DNA of 52,841 nt, from positions 1-52,841 of the forward strand of contig NGBS01000623.1 of assembly GCA_002245135.1 (NCBI GenBank), read 5' to 3'. The notes beneath the pieces were generated by a model. That model was given only the letters and a program-made list of their open reading frames with translations, searched no databases and was not told the origin of the DNA. How positions within the stretch are numbered: position 1 is the first letter of the stretch; the number at the start of each line of letters is the position of its first letter. Positions 1-14,200 of this stretch are shown one piece after another. The DNA is from Proteromonas lacertae (lineage: Eukaryota). Position numbers and translations under genes: made by a program.

Positions 1-815
1 AAGATAAGCAATCAACATTTCTATTATCCTTTACTGAGGATGATTCTGGATATGAATATTCAGTACTTATTAGAAAAATAGGAAAATAATTCATCATCTG
101 AGAGAAAGGTGTAAATACTGTGAAATGTTCCTTCATTAAAAGGAAAGTTCCTTAGTGATGTGTTGTGTTTAAAATACCATATCTTTTTTGTTTTCTTACT
201 AATTCATAAGTTGTAAGATTCATTAACATACATCAAGAAGGTACGTATAACTGTCAATGGTATTATTGATATAAATACAAACTATATATTATATAAATGC
301 ATAGCTAATAATCATCATCTCACTATATAAAAATAATAAAAATTTTCCATGATTTCTCTGCCAATACAAGTTACAATTACAGCACAGTGATGATCATACA
401 TTTTCACACATTTGTTACAATATTTTCAATGATAACTTCTTACTGGCTCAGATATATCGCAGTATTTACACACTTGCTTACTATTTTGATTATATATATA
501 TATACATTATTGATACAAGTAATATTGAATTAGTACTTGTATCAATATATCCTGCATTGCTTCCTTGAACAAAAATGAATAATATGCCAACATAATACAC
601 ACATAATATCAAAGTAGTACCACAGTTTAAATCTTCAGTTAATATACAATAAAATACTATTCATACATCAATTATATTAAATGAACATACTCAATAATCG
701 ATAAAAAAGCACTCTCTAGAATAAATAATCATCATTAATATTTCTTTTCTTATCTTTTCTGGTAAATTTTTGTTCATAGATGGTAATAGTATTTTCTTAA
801 ATCCTGGTATTCATT
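1..815 (-). pseudogene. DHHC palmitoyltransferase, disrupted (ends approximate; 3' part may run off the window)
   Basis: The minus strand reads KQVCKYCDISEPVRSYH*KYCNKCVKMYDHHCAVIVTCIG (DHHC at 384-395). There is an in-frame TGA at a conserved Cys (426-428), a 1-nt frameshift near 359 before RNHGKFLLFL, and a further stop downstream. Confidence 0.85.
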
Positions 816-1116
816 ATATTCAACTCAAAAAAAGAGAAAAACAAATTTAAAATATGTTTGATTTTTCAAACACCCAAAATATAAAAATTAACAAAGAACC
901 GTCACAGCCAACTATTTATGAAGAATAGATATGCTGAATAGATAAAATATATCACAATGTATGTATGTAAATGACAAAATTAAAATCAAGATCTTAAACC
1001 ACTATATAATACTTAGTTTGACAAACTGTAAATAGTATACTTTTTCCAACAATCCTGATATTTAAAAACAACTTTAATAAAGAAAGAAATCATTTATATA
1101 ATAATAAAAATGTAGA

Positions 1117-2897
1117 TTATGAGTATTCTTTCATGCGATATTCATCACCTTTCTTATAACCATCTTTAAATCCATTTAAAGCATCTTCTACATCAAATAA
1201 ATTGTAATTTTTTTCAAAATTTTTGCTCTCATATCCACATCTAAAACCAAAGTGATATGCTAATGTATAATCTTCATTATATTTTGTATGGACTTTTTTA
1301 TCTGTTAATACTACTCTTTCAATTTCTATTTCTTTTTCTTTTTCTTTCATTTCTGATATTTTCTTTTCTAATTCTTCGTTTTCTATTTCATTTAACTTTA
1401 CTTCTAATTATAATAGATTATATTCATATATACCATCAATTTTTAATATTTTTAAATTATTTAACTTTAATATTTTATCAAGTAATTCTATCATATCTTC
1501 ATACTTTACAAATTCTCCACGCATATTTAAATATTCCAAACATTCATATTTTTCTATATTCTTTAAAAAGGCATTTATATCACTTATCTTATTACCACTT
1601 ATATATAATTCTTTTAACTTTGGAACTTCACATAAACTATTACATAACTCTTCAAATGATTTGTTATATATACCACATACATTTAAACTAATAACTTCTA
1701 ATTTTGATAAATGCTTTATTTCTTTACATAGTTCATTTATATCTACTCCTGCAACTGTATTACCGTCATATCGAAACTCAATTAATTCACTAAACTTATT
1801 CAAGTTCTTTATTATTATATGATTACTTTTTATATATTGATCATTGCTCATTAAACTCAGTCTTTTTAAGTGTTCATTATTTCGGTATATTAATCTCTCT
1901 ATTTCAATGCTCATTATCTCATCTTCATCATTTATAATTTCATTACATACACCATCAAAATGTAATGTTTCTATTCTAATTGGAAGTTTGTTTATTAAAT
2001 CAATCATTATACTATTCTTTATACAACTATAACTAAAACTAAATTTCTTCAAATTATGGAATTCACTAATCACATCAGTAAATTTCTCATTATTAATACT
2101 TGTGCCAAGCAATTCCATGTTTTCTATATTCTTTTTATTTGGTAATAAACAAAGTATATTTAACACATCATCATACAAAAAAGATTCAATTATAATGCTT
2201 TTTAATTTGTTTAACTCACATATCTTATCTTTTAATTCATTATAGATATTACCATCTTTATCAAATGTAAAAGTATGATGTAATTCAAGTGTTATTATAT
2301 TACTTAAATTTACATCGTTTAATAATGATTTAATATTGCCACTCTTGTAACAAATATTACCCAACGAGATATGCTCCAGTTTGGGAGAATTTTTCAATAA
2401 ACTATTTTAAACATTTTATCATCTCATCACTCATATATGGAATAAATGCTATTCATTAATAAATATTAATTATTATTATACTTTCTATATTTAACCTCTT
2501 TAAATTGTTGTAATATCGCTCTTTATATTCACCAAAACACTTAATATTATCATCATTTTTGTTGTTTTCACAGTGTATAGTAATTTCACTTAAGTCACTT
2601 AAATTTGACGAATACTTTAATATATTTCGCAGATCTTCAGCTCTTAGTACTCTGCTACCATTTAACCATTCATTTGCATCACAATACTCTATAAAAAAAC
2701 AATAGACTATTTAATATACTCTCTTTTATATCTTTTTCACTTTCAACAGTGGTGATTTCATCTCCATCGGAACTATTTTTATCTACTTCATTGATAACAG
2801 AACACTTAGTAGAAAGATTACTCTCTGTTACAGAATTCTTCTCTTCGATATACACAATTTCATCGGTAACACTTGATTTAATCTCTTTATCTGCCAT
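1117..2897 (-). CDS. RNI-like leucine-rich repeat protein; 3 short introns and one 1-nt frame break at ~2405
   Basis: LxxLxLxxN repeats (LKELYISGNKI, LEYLNMRG). ORFs 2679-2897, 1408-2397 and 1117-1350 join through GT-AG introns, except for one extra base in a homopolymer at 2405-2408. Confidence 0.7.
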
Positions 2898-3009
2898 TTC
2901 AAATATACAATGTAAACAAGAAAGAATTAGAAAATTTTATGTATTGTATTGTATTTTAATGTATTGTATTGTATTATCAAAACGATGTTATAATTTATCT
3001 TAAATCCAA

Positions 3010-3660
3010 GATGTGAAAGTGGTTGTGATGTATTTGGAGAAGATAGTAAGATAGTATATTAGTTATGGTTAAAGAAGAAGAAGTAGAAGTATTTTAACTG
3101 TATTGAGTAAAATATTGAGAATAAATGCGATTTACTTATGTAGTATTTTTCAGAAGATGTTACTGTGATAATAGTGTAGAGTAAATATTTGACCATTGTG
3201 AAATAAGGTATAGAAATTATGAAGAAGCTGTTTAGATTTTTGATGAGTTGGTTGTAGTGAATGCAATAGTTTTAAATTATATAAATATGCTATTGATGGT
3301 GGTCATGTTGCTTTTAAGAATAGAAATGAAGAATTAAAGTGCAATAGATGAGAAACTAATGAAGAATACAAACATTTATAAAAGAACTGTTAAAATCCAT
3401 ATATTTATTATTGTTGTTGTATGATAAAGTTGAAGTGTTTAATAGATTAGTAATAATATAGTTCTGCAAAATTAAGATATATGTTCTCGAGTTAGAAAGA
3501 GCATATACCGAAAAGTGTATTGATTAATATAACAACAGTACAAGTATAGTATAGATTACGAGTAACAATGTTTCTGAAGAAATATATCTGATAAAGTGTT
3601 ATTTTGGACTTTGATAGTAAAGATAGTGAAAATGAAGAATATAACATATTAAACAATCCT
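3010..3660 (+). pseudogene. Possible decayed remnant of the BTB gene family
   Basis: Purine-rich, coding-like strand bias with many stops. The fragment LLLRIEMK (~3308) resembles YLLRLEMN of the 37416-39536 BTB gene. Confidence 0.3.
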
Positions 3661-4256
3661 TCCTATTAATTAGTTTTACTTTTAATAAAAATTATTAAAT
3701 GCATTTTATTTTTATCAATTCAACAAAATAAATATAATCTCAAAGAATATTATGTAAAAAATATAAGTTATATGAATAAAACAACTTATGTCCTTTCTGT
3801 TTTTCTTTTTTAACAAAAAATTATATCAATAAATTTAGATTTTTATGCTTTAAGTTACAAAAATGACGTCCTCTTTGTCTTGTGTCCATGTTATGCCCTA
3901 TTCTTATCCTATCCTGTCCTTATCCTTTGTAGCTCAGATGCAAACTCAATCTTGAAAATTTATGAAACGGATAAATATTTTGTAATAAGGTATACTTCTC
4001 TTTTATACATTTAGAACCTATTTCAGTTATGCCAAATCAAACAATCATTGTATCATACCATAGTACTGACGCTCCTACTGCTAATTACTACAGTTACTTT
4101 GAGTATTCATATGAAGGTATTCTTTATCCTACGATCGCTGTAAATGCCGCTTGCGCATATATTACCGGACTATTAGGTATCAGTTGTGATGGTACTGGCT
4201 ATACATTTGCTGTAATTAACGTATTAACTAAGCCATTATATTTAAAACTATTATAG

Positions 4257-5426
4257 GGGCAAAGAACGCTTTGTATTAAGTTCATTCACAGAATTTCCTT
4301 AGAAGATATATTTGAGAAGAATGAAAAGAAAATGAATTTTGCTCCATTATTAGAAAATGGAGATTTAGTTGAATGTCCAAATTGTAAATTGATATTTTAT
4401 GTATATTTCATTATTTTATATATAATGAATAGATTGAAGTAGGTGAAGTGCATAAACAAATAACAGGAGAAAAAGATGATGAAGGAAATGTAATGACATT
4501 AAAGCAAATTCAAGCTAGAGATAAATATAGAGTAAGATGTAGTAAATGTGAGTATATATATATAATGAACAATAGAACAATATGGTGTAGAAATTGTAGT
4601 AAAATTCCATTCCATTTAGGTAAAACATGTGAAGAATATAATGTATTTTTAAGAATCAAAAAATGTAGATATTGTCATAAGAAACTCAATGCAATAAGAA
4701 ACTGTGATGTTTGTAGTGATGAAGATTGTTATAATAAACTTGTTATTGGATGTCAAAAGAAGCTTAAATGTGGTCATTATTGTTGTGGACTTCTTCATTC
4801 ACCTTGTCTTCCTTGTTTCAACCCTAAATGTAGTGATAATAATAAAATAGATGGAAATGAATATTGTACTATTTGTTATAGTGAAGGATTGAGTGATTCT
4901 CCTTGTATTAGATTAAAATGTGGTCATATATTCCATTATAATTGTGTAATAGAAAAGATAAAGAATAAATGGAGTGGTATTCGAATATCATTTGGTTATT
5001 TAGTATGTCCTCAATGTAGAAAAATAATGGAACATCCTTCAATCAATGAGATAATCCATCCTGAATTAAAACTATTAGATACAGTGAAAAGAGCTTGTTT
5101 GAGTTATTTAAAAGTAGAAAATATGATGAATGATAAAGAATTGACAAATCCTTCAAGTGAATTTTATAATAAACCTGAAGAATATGGTTTAAAGAGATTT
5201 GCATTTTATTTATTGTTGTAATGTAAGTAGATGGTTTTGTTTTAATACAACTCGCTTTTGCAATGATTGTCACAGTAGATGCATTGAAGTGACAAGAAAA
5301 CCAAAAAATGGATTGCCATGATGTTTAGGAAAGGCTGGGTGTCCATTAGGTGTTGATCATCCACCAAATGGTGAAGAATATTGTTTAGGTTGTGGTTTGT
5401 GTAGATTTGAAAATGCTGCTTTATAA
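4257..5426 (+). pseudogene. MYCBP2/Highwire-type RING-Cys-relay E3 ligase, disrupted (5' boundary uncertain)
   Basis: RING CTICYSEGLSDSPCIRLKCGHIFHYNC...WSGIRISFGYLVCPQC. An out-of-frame tail from 5211 reads YCCNVSRWFCFNTTRFCNDCH...LP*CLGKAGCPLGVDHPPNGEEYCLGCGLCR, matching the MYCBP2 C-terminus. Internal deletion at ~5210 and TGA at 5319-5321. Confidence 0.85.
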
Positions 5427-5802
5427 TTTAATAATATAAATATTTAAAAAGAATTATTTTTAATTAATTTCATTAGGTAGTTTTGATGTGTTTGATGATT
5501 TTAGAAAATATTACTCAATCCTTAACAAATGGTATATCATTATCTCTTCTAAATTTTATATATATTGCTTTCTCAATAATTTGATCAATCTTTCTCTCAT
5601 ATCTTTGTAATTCTTAATTCTAAGAATAAGAAAGAAACACATATAAATATACTTTAGTTTGTTAAGGAAATAAAATATACTATCGTGTTGAAGAAAACAG
5701 GTGTATGAAAAACAAACACACAATTAATAAAACCATTTAAAATATAAAATGTAGTAAATATTTAATTAAAAATTAATATAAAAATCATAATATCAATATA
5801 TT

Positions 5803-6921
5803 TTACTCTATTACTACAGACAATAACTCCACACTTTCATCTTTATAATCAATCTCAACAAATGGATAAACTACCGAATCTAATTTATCAAATAAAACAG
5901 TCTCTATTCCATCATTCTGTTTAATTGTAAACACTCTAGTAGTCATATTAATTACTAGTTCATATATATCACCATTATGATTGGCAAAATCAGGATTCAT
6001 TACTTTATTTGTTCCACACAATTCACTTGTATTACTCATTCTGATACTCTTCGCTGATTGATGTTGATGATAATGACTTCCAGTGTAATTATTAATAGTA
6101 GATAAACCAAAACAAAGTAAAGTATGATTAGTAAAAATTGATCTAAATTTCATATGATATATACCTGTTTCTAGTTTAGCATTAATATAACAATGATTAT
6201 AATTATCGTCAGTGTTAGTTACCACTTTTCCTGCACTACTTATCAACATTCCACTGCTTTTATATTTCTTTGTAAATGCAAAATCGATAATTGTTAATGA
6301 TAATCTTGCAGTGAATTCTCTTACACTTTGTTGTGACTTTACTTCATATTCAATTTCGTCCATTACATTTGTGATTCTTCCTTTGAATTCACCTGTCTTT
6401 TTATTGAATCTTAATCCGTCAGGTAATTCTATTTAATCATTAATAATAATAATATATATATATATATATATTATACCTTTTGGTGTTATTGAATAATTAC
6501 ATTCTTCACCATCTGTTTCACATTTTATAGAAATAGGTTCAGTTCGTGTAAATACATAATCACTCTTAGGATATCTGAAATATGTTAATGTTTGAACCAA
6601 TATCTTTTGTTTAATATTTTCATTCTTTATTGTTGCTTTCATTTCATTAATCATCTTTGTATCTTTCAGTATTTTGATCTCTCTTATAAATTTAATGATT
6701 AATTCTGCTTTGGGCATTGTTACATTTGGCAGATTTAATATCATATATAATAAATAATAACCGCAAGTCTCATAGATCGTTCGTAATGTATAACAATCAA
6801 CAAAAAATGAAAGACATTTGTGGCTTACTTGTTTTTCTTCATTTGAAAGATTATCTTCTTTGTAATTTTTTAATAAATCTAACAATAAAATCCACTGCAA
6901 TTTCTTTTCAACTATTTATAA

Positions 6922-6954
<33 letters not shown>

Positions 6955-7969
6955 CTTTCATAATTCATTTTCATATCAATAATAATTATTATACTGATCT
7001 TCACTAACTTCAAATTTTCACTATTTAAAAGCAATGTTACATCTCTTCTAATTTCCATTTGATTTAGCATATTCATTTCTACATCATTCAACTGTAATAA
7101 TGGAGTAGAACTTAAGAAAAATTTCTTTACCATTGTCAACATCTTTTCGTTTGTTAATTCAGGAATATGACAGTATAAACGGTTAATATTATGTTTCATT
7201 GATTTGGACATCATCTCTGGTAAAGTGTTGAATGGTTTTAAATCATCAAATGGAAGTGCTTTTATCTTTATTTCTTTCCAGTTTATATACTCAAATAATT
7301 CTTTGTAACCATTTTTCATTTCTGTATTTGCTTCGATTGATTTTTGATTGACTTTATAATATTCCACTAAACCGTTCAATATCCTATTTTCATCGTTTAC
7401 TAGCAGATTGGGAATTGATAGAATGTGTTTAATTCCACTTACTTTAAAATCTTTAAGTATTTTACATTCAGAAAATAAATTTCCATTTTCTTTAATATAC
7501 AAATCGCAGTTTTGGCATACATCGCTAATTATCTCCGTTTTTAAACTGCCAGAGTTATTCAATAATTCCTTTACGATTTCTGCATTCATATGCATAATTG
7601 CATATTTTTTTAATCTTGCTAATAACTCCTTCTCGTTGTAGTACAGACATATTAGTAATAAACCTCCTACGTTCTTTTCAGTCAAATTTACTTTACCTCC
7701 ACCGTAATACTGCATCAACATCATGATTGATTCTTTTCTACAAGCAGCATTCAGTGGTAATGGATTTTTTCTATTTGGGTTAGTTATTAAACCCTTAAGA
7801 ACTGCATTTTGATGGCACAACAAAGATTTCACAGAAAGAACCTCGCCATCATCTACCTTTAAGCTGATATCACTATAACCGTCATTAGCCAAATCAAGAA
7901 TGAGTCTATAATGTTAGACAAATGCTGAATATTATACCCATTTATTCCTAAATCCTTAGAGATAATCAT
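5803..7969 (-). CDS. BTB/BACK-like + He_PIG-type Ig + SPRY-like protein; introns 7906-7937, 6912-6955, 6429-6476
   Basis: Splices into one frame starting MIISKDLGING|LILDLANDGYSDISL. BTB-like N-terminus, YSITPKELPDGLRFNKKTGEFKG Ig motif, C-terminal SPRY-like VYPFVEI...VELL. Confidence 0.75.
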
Positions 7970-8208
7970 ATCAACAATTATTCTAACTCACTTTTCCCAA
8001 ACTGATCAAGCTCTCAAGCCAACTTATTTAATTTTATTCGTTTTTAAGATTTCTCATTACCGCCAATGCGCATTATAAATATATTTAAAAAATATTACGT
8101 ATAAGTATGACAGAATACATCAACAGTATTGCTTTACAGCAGACATTTAAAATAAATAACATAACATTGAACAAAAAGGATTCAGTTTATATTTAAATGC
8201 AGTTTATT

Positions 8209-11200
8209 CTATTCGATTTGGAATCCAAAGTTACCATAAGCCAAAGCACTTCTAATCCTGCTATTCATCTCCTCATACGATCTATACATCGGTAGATCTA
8301 GTTGGAAAAAACAAGTATGTGATTTAGGTAAGAGATTTGGATTATCTGCCCTTGTAATCCTGTATTTTCTACTCCATACTTTAGTGTTGGGTATTCTGCT
8401 TCTTCCCCATACGAATACTATCCACTGACTTCTTAATTCATTAGTTAATTCTTCCATCACCCTCCAATACCATCTAATAACTTGATCACTTTCTTTATAA
8501 TTCACATAAATAGTGTTTTGTTTTAGTAAATCAATATCAATAATATCAACACCACAAGTGATATATTCCAACTCATCTCCATTGAAAATGTATAATGATT
8601 CTTCAGGTAGAACTTCCAATAATCCTTCTCTAATACATTTCACTTGAATATCAAATTCATGCAATCTCTTTTCAATCATTATATCACACATTTCTCTTCT
8701 ATTTTCTAATGTCAATGGAATACTACTTCCACCTTCTATTAATTCAATTGATTCACCTTTGAAGTTATTAATAACACACATCGCATCATCTCCAACTAAA
8801 TATGGGAAATTATCATCATCACAAGACTTTAATTCATTTATATAATTGACAATTGGATTATCAACTTCAATTAAATCATTCAATGTCACTTCTCTATTGG
8901 CTATTAACTTCCATATCATGTTAGATAACTGGAATGGCAATAAAAGTTGTAATCTAATTGAAACACCAATAATTCTTCCAATGAATTTAAATATATCCAA
9001 CATTTGAGGTGATGTTAATTGAGGATTTGGTACAAATTTATTGGCTAAAACTTTATTATTATCATTTCCATTATGATTACCATTTTCATCATCATCATCA
9101 TCATCATCTCCTTCTTCTGCACCATCGGAAATAAAACAAGGTAACATTATATTAATATTTGGATCAAATAAATTAGTAATACTTTGATGTAAACAATCTC
9201 TAAATAAACCACCAGCATCAACACCTTCTTCATTCATATATGTTACACCCATAAACCTTCCTTCCAGTCTTGTTTTTGGACTTTTTAGATATATTTGGTT
9301 AGGACAATCTTTTAGATTTAAATATAGCTGTATAAACATACCATGAGATGACAATGGATTATCAAACTTTTTACCATTTTCAATACCTGATGCAATATTA
9401 TCAATGTTAACATGTGTTGTTGCTTCATCTACTCTGGTACTTTCAATAAATTGATCTAAATAACATGATTTTCTATTCCTATCGATTAAATAGAAACTAT
9501 TAAAACCTATTTTAGATAATGCATTTGGATATTCTATTTTTAAATCAATATTATTAATGAAATTATTCCAATAACTATTTACTAATTTCAACAAAAACAA
9601 TCTAAAATCTACATCTTCAATGTTTATATCGTTAATGATTGGATATTTTTGTGATGTATTTTGATTGGATATATAATGATCTGTATTACCATTACTGTTA
9701 CTTGAATTTTCATTTATGTAATTAATCAACTCAATATCTGCTTTTTTAGGCCAATTATGTTGAGTTTCTAAATCTTCTAAAACTCTATCTTTTGAACTGA
9801 CTATAATATCATTCTTCACAAAATTACCATGTAAATGAAAAGTCATTATTATACCAAATTCATCTGATGGCTTATTGGAATTAGATTTAATAGAATATTT
9901 CACTGAATTTGCTGTGTATCTAATCTCTTTTAATTGCTTATTATTAATATCTAATTGATTCTTTGTTCCATTACAGTTAAATTCAAAATGAATAGCCCAA
10001 CCTTCAGGTAATCTACAACGATAATCAAAATAGATGAATATATTTGTTGTTCCATCAATTCCAATACCTCCTGTAAAATTATTATCTTTGATTGGATGTT
10101 CTGTTTGTATCATTCTCACACTATTCTTATGGTTTAACCATGAATATAAAAAGATTTGATTATCAATATATCCTTCATTAGTTATTCCTTTTACTAACAA
10201 TGGATAATATTCTACACATTTTTCTGGATTTTTTTCATATTCTAAATAGTTTGTCTTATTATAAGTAAAATTGAAATTATCTTTTGTTGGTTTTTCTTTA
10301 TTCAGTGGAATTAACATGTTCTTTAATCTTTTGTACTGGTAATGATTCTCTATTGCTAGTTTATAAGATTCATTCATATTCAAGTAAGTTAGATTATACA
10401 ATTCTCTTATTCTTTCTTCTTTAAACAATGGAGTTAGTTTATCACACCAAGCTGGCTTGATAAAGCAATGTGTTGATAATATCAATAATAATATCTTCAT
10501 AACATCCACATTTGGTTCATTTTCAATAGAATTAATCAAACAATTGAAGAATTCTTCATTTTCATTACAAGCTTGATAAATCTCTTCATTTGGTTGTAAT
10601 AACAAAGTTTCAATTATCCATAACGCCCATTTTCTATTGGATCTTTCTGGATCTAATATATCAGTATCATATATCCATAATGGTCTGTTTATTTTATACA
10701 CTCTCATCTTATATCCAAAAGATTTGATAGGAATTGGAACACCTGCTTGAGTATAATTTTGATCAAATAGAACCTTAAAATAAAACAGATTTGAGTTTAT
10801 TACTACTGATTCGAATAATTTGGTTGTTTTATTGAATAATTTCACTAACTCTTTACATTCTGCATCTCTGTAAATGCCAATTGTATGATCATCTTGTAAT
10901 TGTGACTCTCTATCAAATGTAATTAATAACTCATCAGCATCTTCTATGAATATTGATTCTACAGATAGTTGAGGTCTATATGGATGATTAGATTCTCTAA
11001 TAATTTCACTTCTATAATCTATTGAATATGTTGGTTTAAGATGCTTAATAGCATTCTTTAAGAATGTATTATATAACTGATTCTTATCTTTATTGTAACT
11101 GGATAACAAGAACACTTGTAAAGATTGTTTTTGTCTTTCTAATTCTGCTAATTCTACAATATTATTATTATTTGTAATATTATCATCCCTTTCATTGTTT

Positions 11201-14200
11201 TCAATTAATCTTCTAATCACCATCAAGGCATAAAGATTATATAACGATTGAGGTAATGATGTAGAATTTGTCTTAAACTTTGTTAATAACAACTTATAGA
11301 AATTATCACCAACTTTCAACATGACATTCATAATTACTTTTTGAGCTGCGAATCTTTGTAACTGCAAACAATAACCAATACATCTTGAAACTAATGTTGT
11401 TTTATTGTTATTAGTTTCACAATATTGTAATCTATTAAACTCACATTTTTGAATCCATTGAAAACCAGTCAATGGATTATAAAACTTCACAAACACAAAT
11501 CTATCACTTTCTTCTCTCATTTCTCTATCAATTACACCAATTCGATTATTACCATCACCAGTAAATCTTACAAATAATCCTCTTTTAATCTGTCTTTTCT
11601 CCATATTGTAATATTCATTATTATTCAAATGAACTTCATCAGCACAAAGCATTTTATCAGATGGTGAGTTTATAGCTCGAAGATACCACGGTTGATAGTT
11701 TAAAGATCCATTACTATTGGATATCTCTCTTTTTGGCACAAAATTACTTCTCATTACGTTAGTAATTTGATATTTTTTTACATCTTTATTCACATCAACT
11801 GCAATACCTAATATTCTATTTGCAGCATCAAATTTGCTTTCACATTCTTTTAATTCTTCATAACATGCTCTTATAGAATATCCTGCTAGTGAATTGTGCA
11901 TTACAGTTGAATCCATTTTGAATGAATCTGGACATTCACTTTCATCTCCTTGTAAATTATATTCTGCTTTAATATTTGATAATTCACAGATTCTAGAATG
12001 TTTTTCATTCACATATTTTTCTATTCTATCTTCACTTACACTTGGTATATAAGAAGGTATATATTCCATATCACATGTATAATCTAATGATTTACCTGTT
12101 GCAATAGCAAATGCTTTTTTCATAATTGTATTTGAAGCTAATTTATTAGCAATTTCCATATTATTTGTCTGAACAGAAAAGAATCTGAATAATTGGTATT
12201 TCAATGATGATAATATGAATAAATGTTCAGGTGAATTTCTTATTTTTGCTTCATTCTCTTCTATTGCCGATTTTAATGCATCTCTTACTTCATCGCTATT
12301 TATTCCTAATAAAATATCAGTTACAATAGGAGGTTGAATTTTATCTAATGGAATACAGTTATTACTATTATAATGATGTATTTCTTCATTAAATGATTCG
12401 TTAAATATAATTCCAATATCATTCAAAAGTGGATCATATGATACAACTGTTCCTATTTGATTGGTTGGTTTATATAATACTTTTCCACTTGCTCTTATAA
12501 TTTCAATACTACTTCCTAATACTGATAAAACACCAAAACAAATTAACACTTCTTTTGTAGATGATTTTACATTGCTAATATAACTACTAAGTTGATTATC
12601 TAAATCACTTAACAACACTTTAAACTTGTCAGATATTATATCATTCCAATATTTATTACTAGTTAATAGCTTTCGAATAAAATCAATCAATTCAGATACG
12701 ATAATTTGTGTATTATATCCATAACCATTTGGATAAGTTATTCCTCTTTCATCTTCATCGTTGAACTTTTCTATGTTATAAGTTTCACCTATTAACTGTA
12801 GAAATGCTCTTAATAACTCAGAAATATCAAAATTAATAGTTATATTTTGGAATATATTAGATAAGAATCGAATTAAAGAGATTTTCAATTGTGGATATCC
12901 ATTTATTATAGCCTCTAATATAAACTTAAAATTATTGCTTAAAAATGTATTTTGTACCTTTGAATCACAGATTATATTAATAAACGTAATAGCATCAATC
13001 AAATGTGATTCAACTTGCAAAGAATTTCTTAAAGAAGGATTATGAATCTGTAAATAGGTAGAAATCCAGTTTTGTATATAATCATCAATTCTTTCACTTT
13101 CTTCACTTACAGTAATTGTTTTTATTATATCATGAGATAATTCATCTGGAATTCTATCATATATCACATTTCTAACATCTTTATTATCTTTATCATTATT
13201 ATTATTACTAATATTGATTAGTTGTCTCTTTCTATGCTTTATATGTTCATTATGAGATATAAACTGAGTTAATAATTCCAAGTGGAAATAATGACAGTAT
13301 TTTGATATTATTAAGTTGTTATACTTATGAGGTGATGATGGTTTAAATAAGAATGGCAATATTTCATATTCTTTCCTATTCCTTAACTCTTTCTTCATTA
13401 TCAAATAACACTCAGCATAATGCATAATAAAAGTTTGATTGTCATTAAATTCATCTAAATTATTGGTTATATAGTCTTTCAGACATTTTTGATTTAATAA
13501 CAACTTTCTTACACTTTCAATAGAAATTGTATTATCAGAAATCAATTCAACTAATTGTTTTGAAGTTGGTAAAGATTCTAGATTCCAGTTTTCAAGAATA
13601 TCACAATAATCTATTTCTTTGTTTTGATCCATACATATCATTTCATAATCAACTAATTTATTGAAGAATCCAATTTTAAATATCATTTCTAAATCAGATT
13701 TCTTATAATCTAAACTCAAAGTGTATAAAATAGCATAACTTAAACTATTACACGAAGTAATATTCTTATTCAATAATCCATATAAATCAATAAAGAAATC
13801 ATAAAATATTTGTTTCAATTCCCATATATCTTTTATACCAATTCCATTAATACCATTATCATATGAATATTTAAAATAGAACAAATTATCACTTGTTACA
13901 TTTGAATTACAACTTCTAAATGCACTTTTTATGTTATGCAATAAATCACACTGGCAAATCTTAGATTTGATATTACTTAGCATGTACAATATCTTCTTTA
14001 AACTATCAATTCTATTTCTACATATTTTCATTCTATTTTCTTGGATATTCTTCAAACTGTTCAACCTGTCTTCATCTTTAACAGTTGATAAGAAATCAAT
14101 CAACAAATCATTAATATTAACAGTTTCTTTTTCTACTGGTAATTCATTCAATTTGAAATTATCATCATTTTCTTCATAATGTTGTAAAAACTGGTTCAAT

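Noticed and set aside
2940..2976. TGTAT pentamer repeats upstream of the LRR gene
   Set aside because: A simple microsatellite with no evidence of function.
426..5321. In-frame TGA in two Cys-rich proteins (426-428 at a conserved Cys; 5319-5321) as selenocysteine or codon reassignment
   Set aside because: Both genes carry independent frameshifts or deletions. TGA ends other ORFs (25490, 51485) and never interrupts the long intact ORFs.
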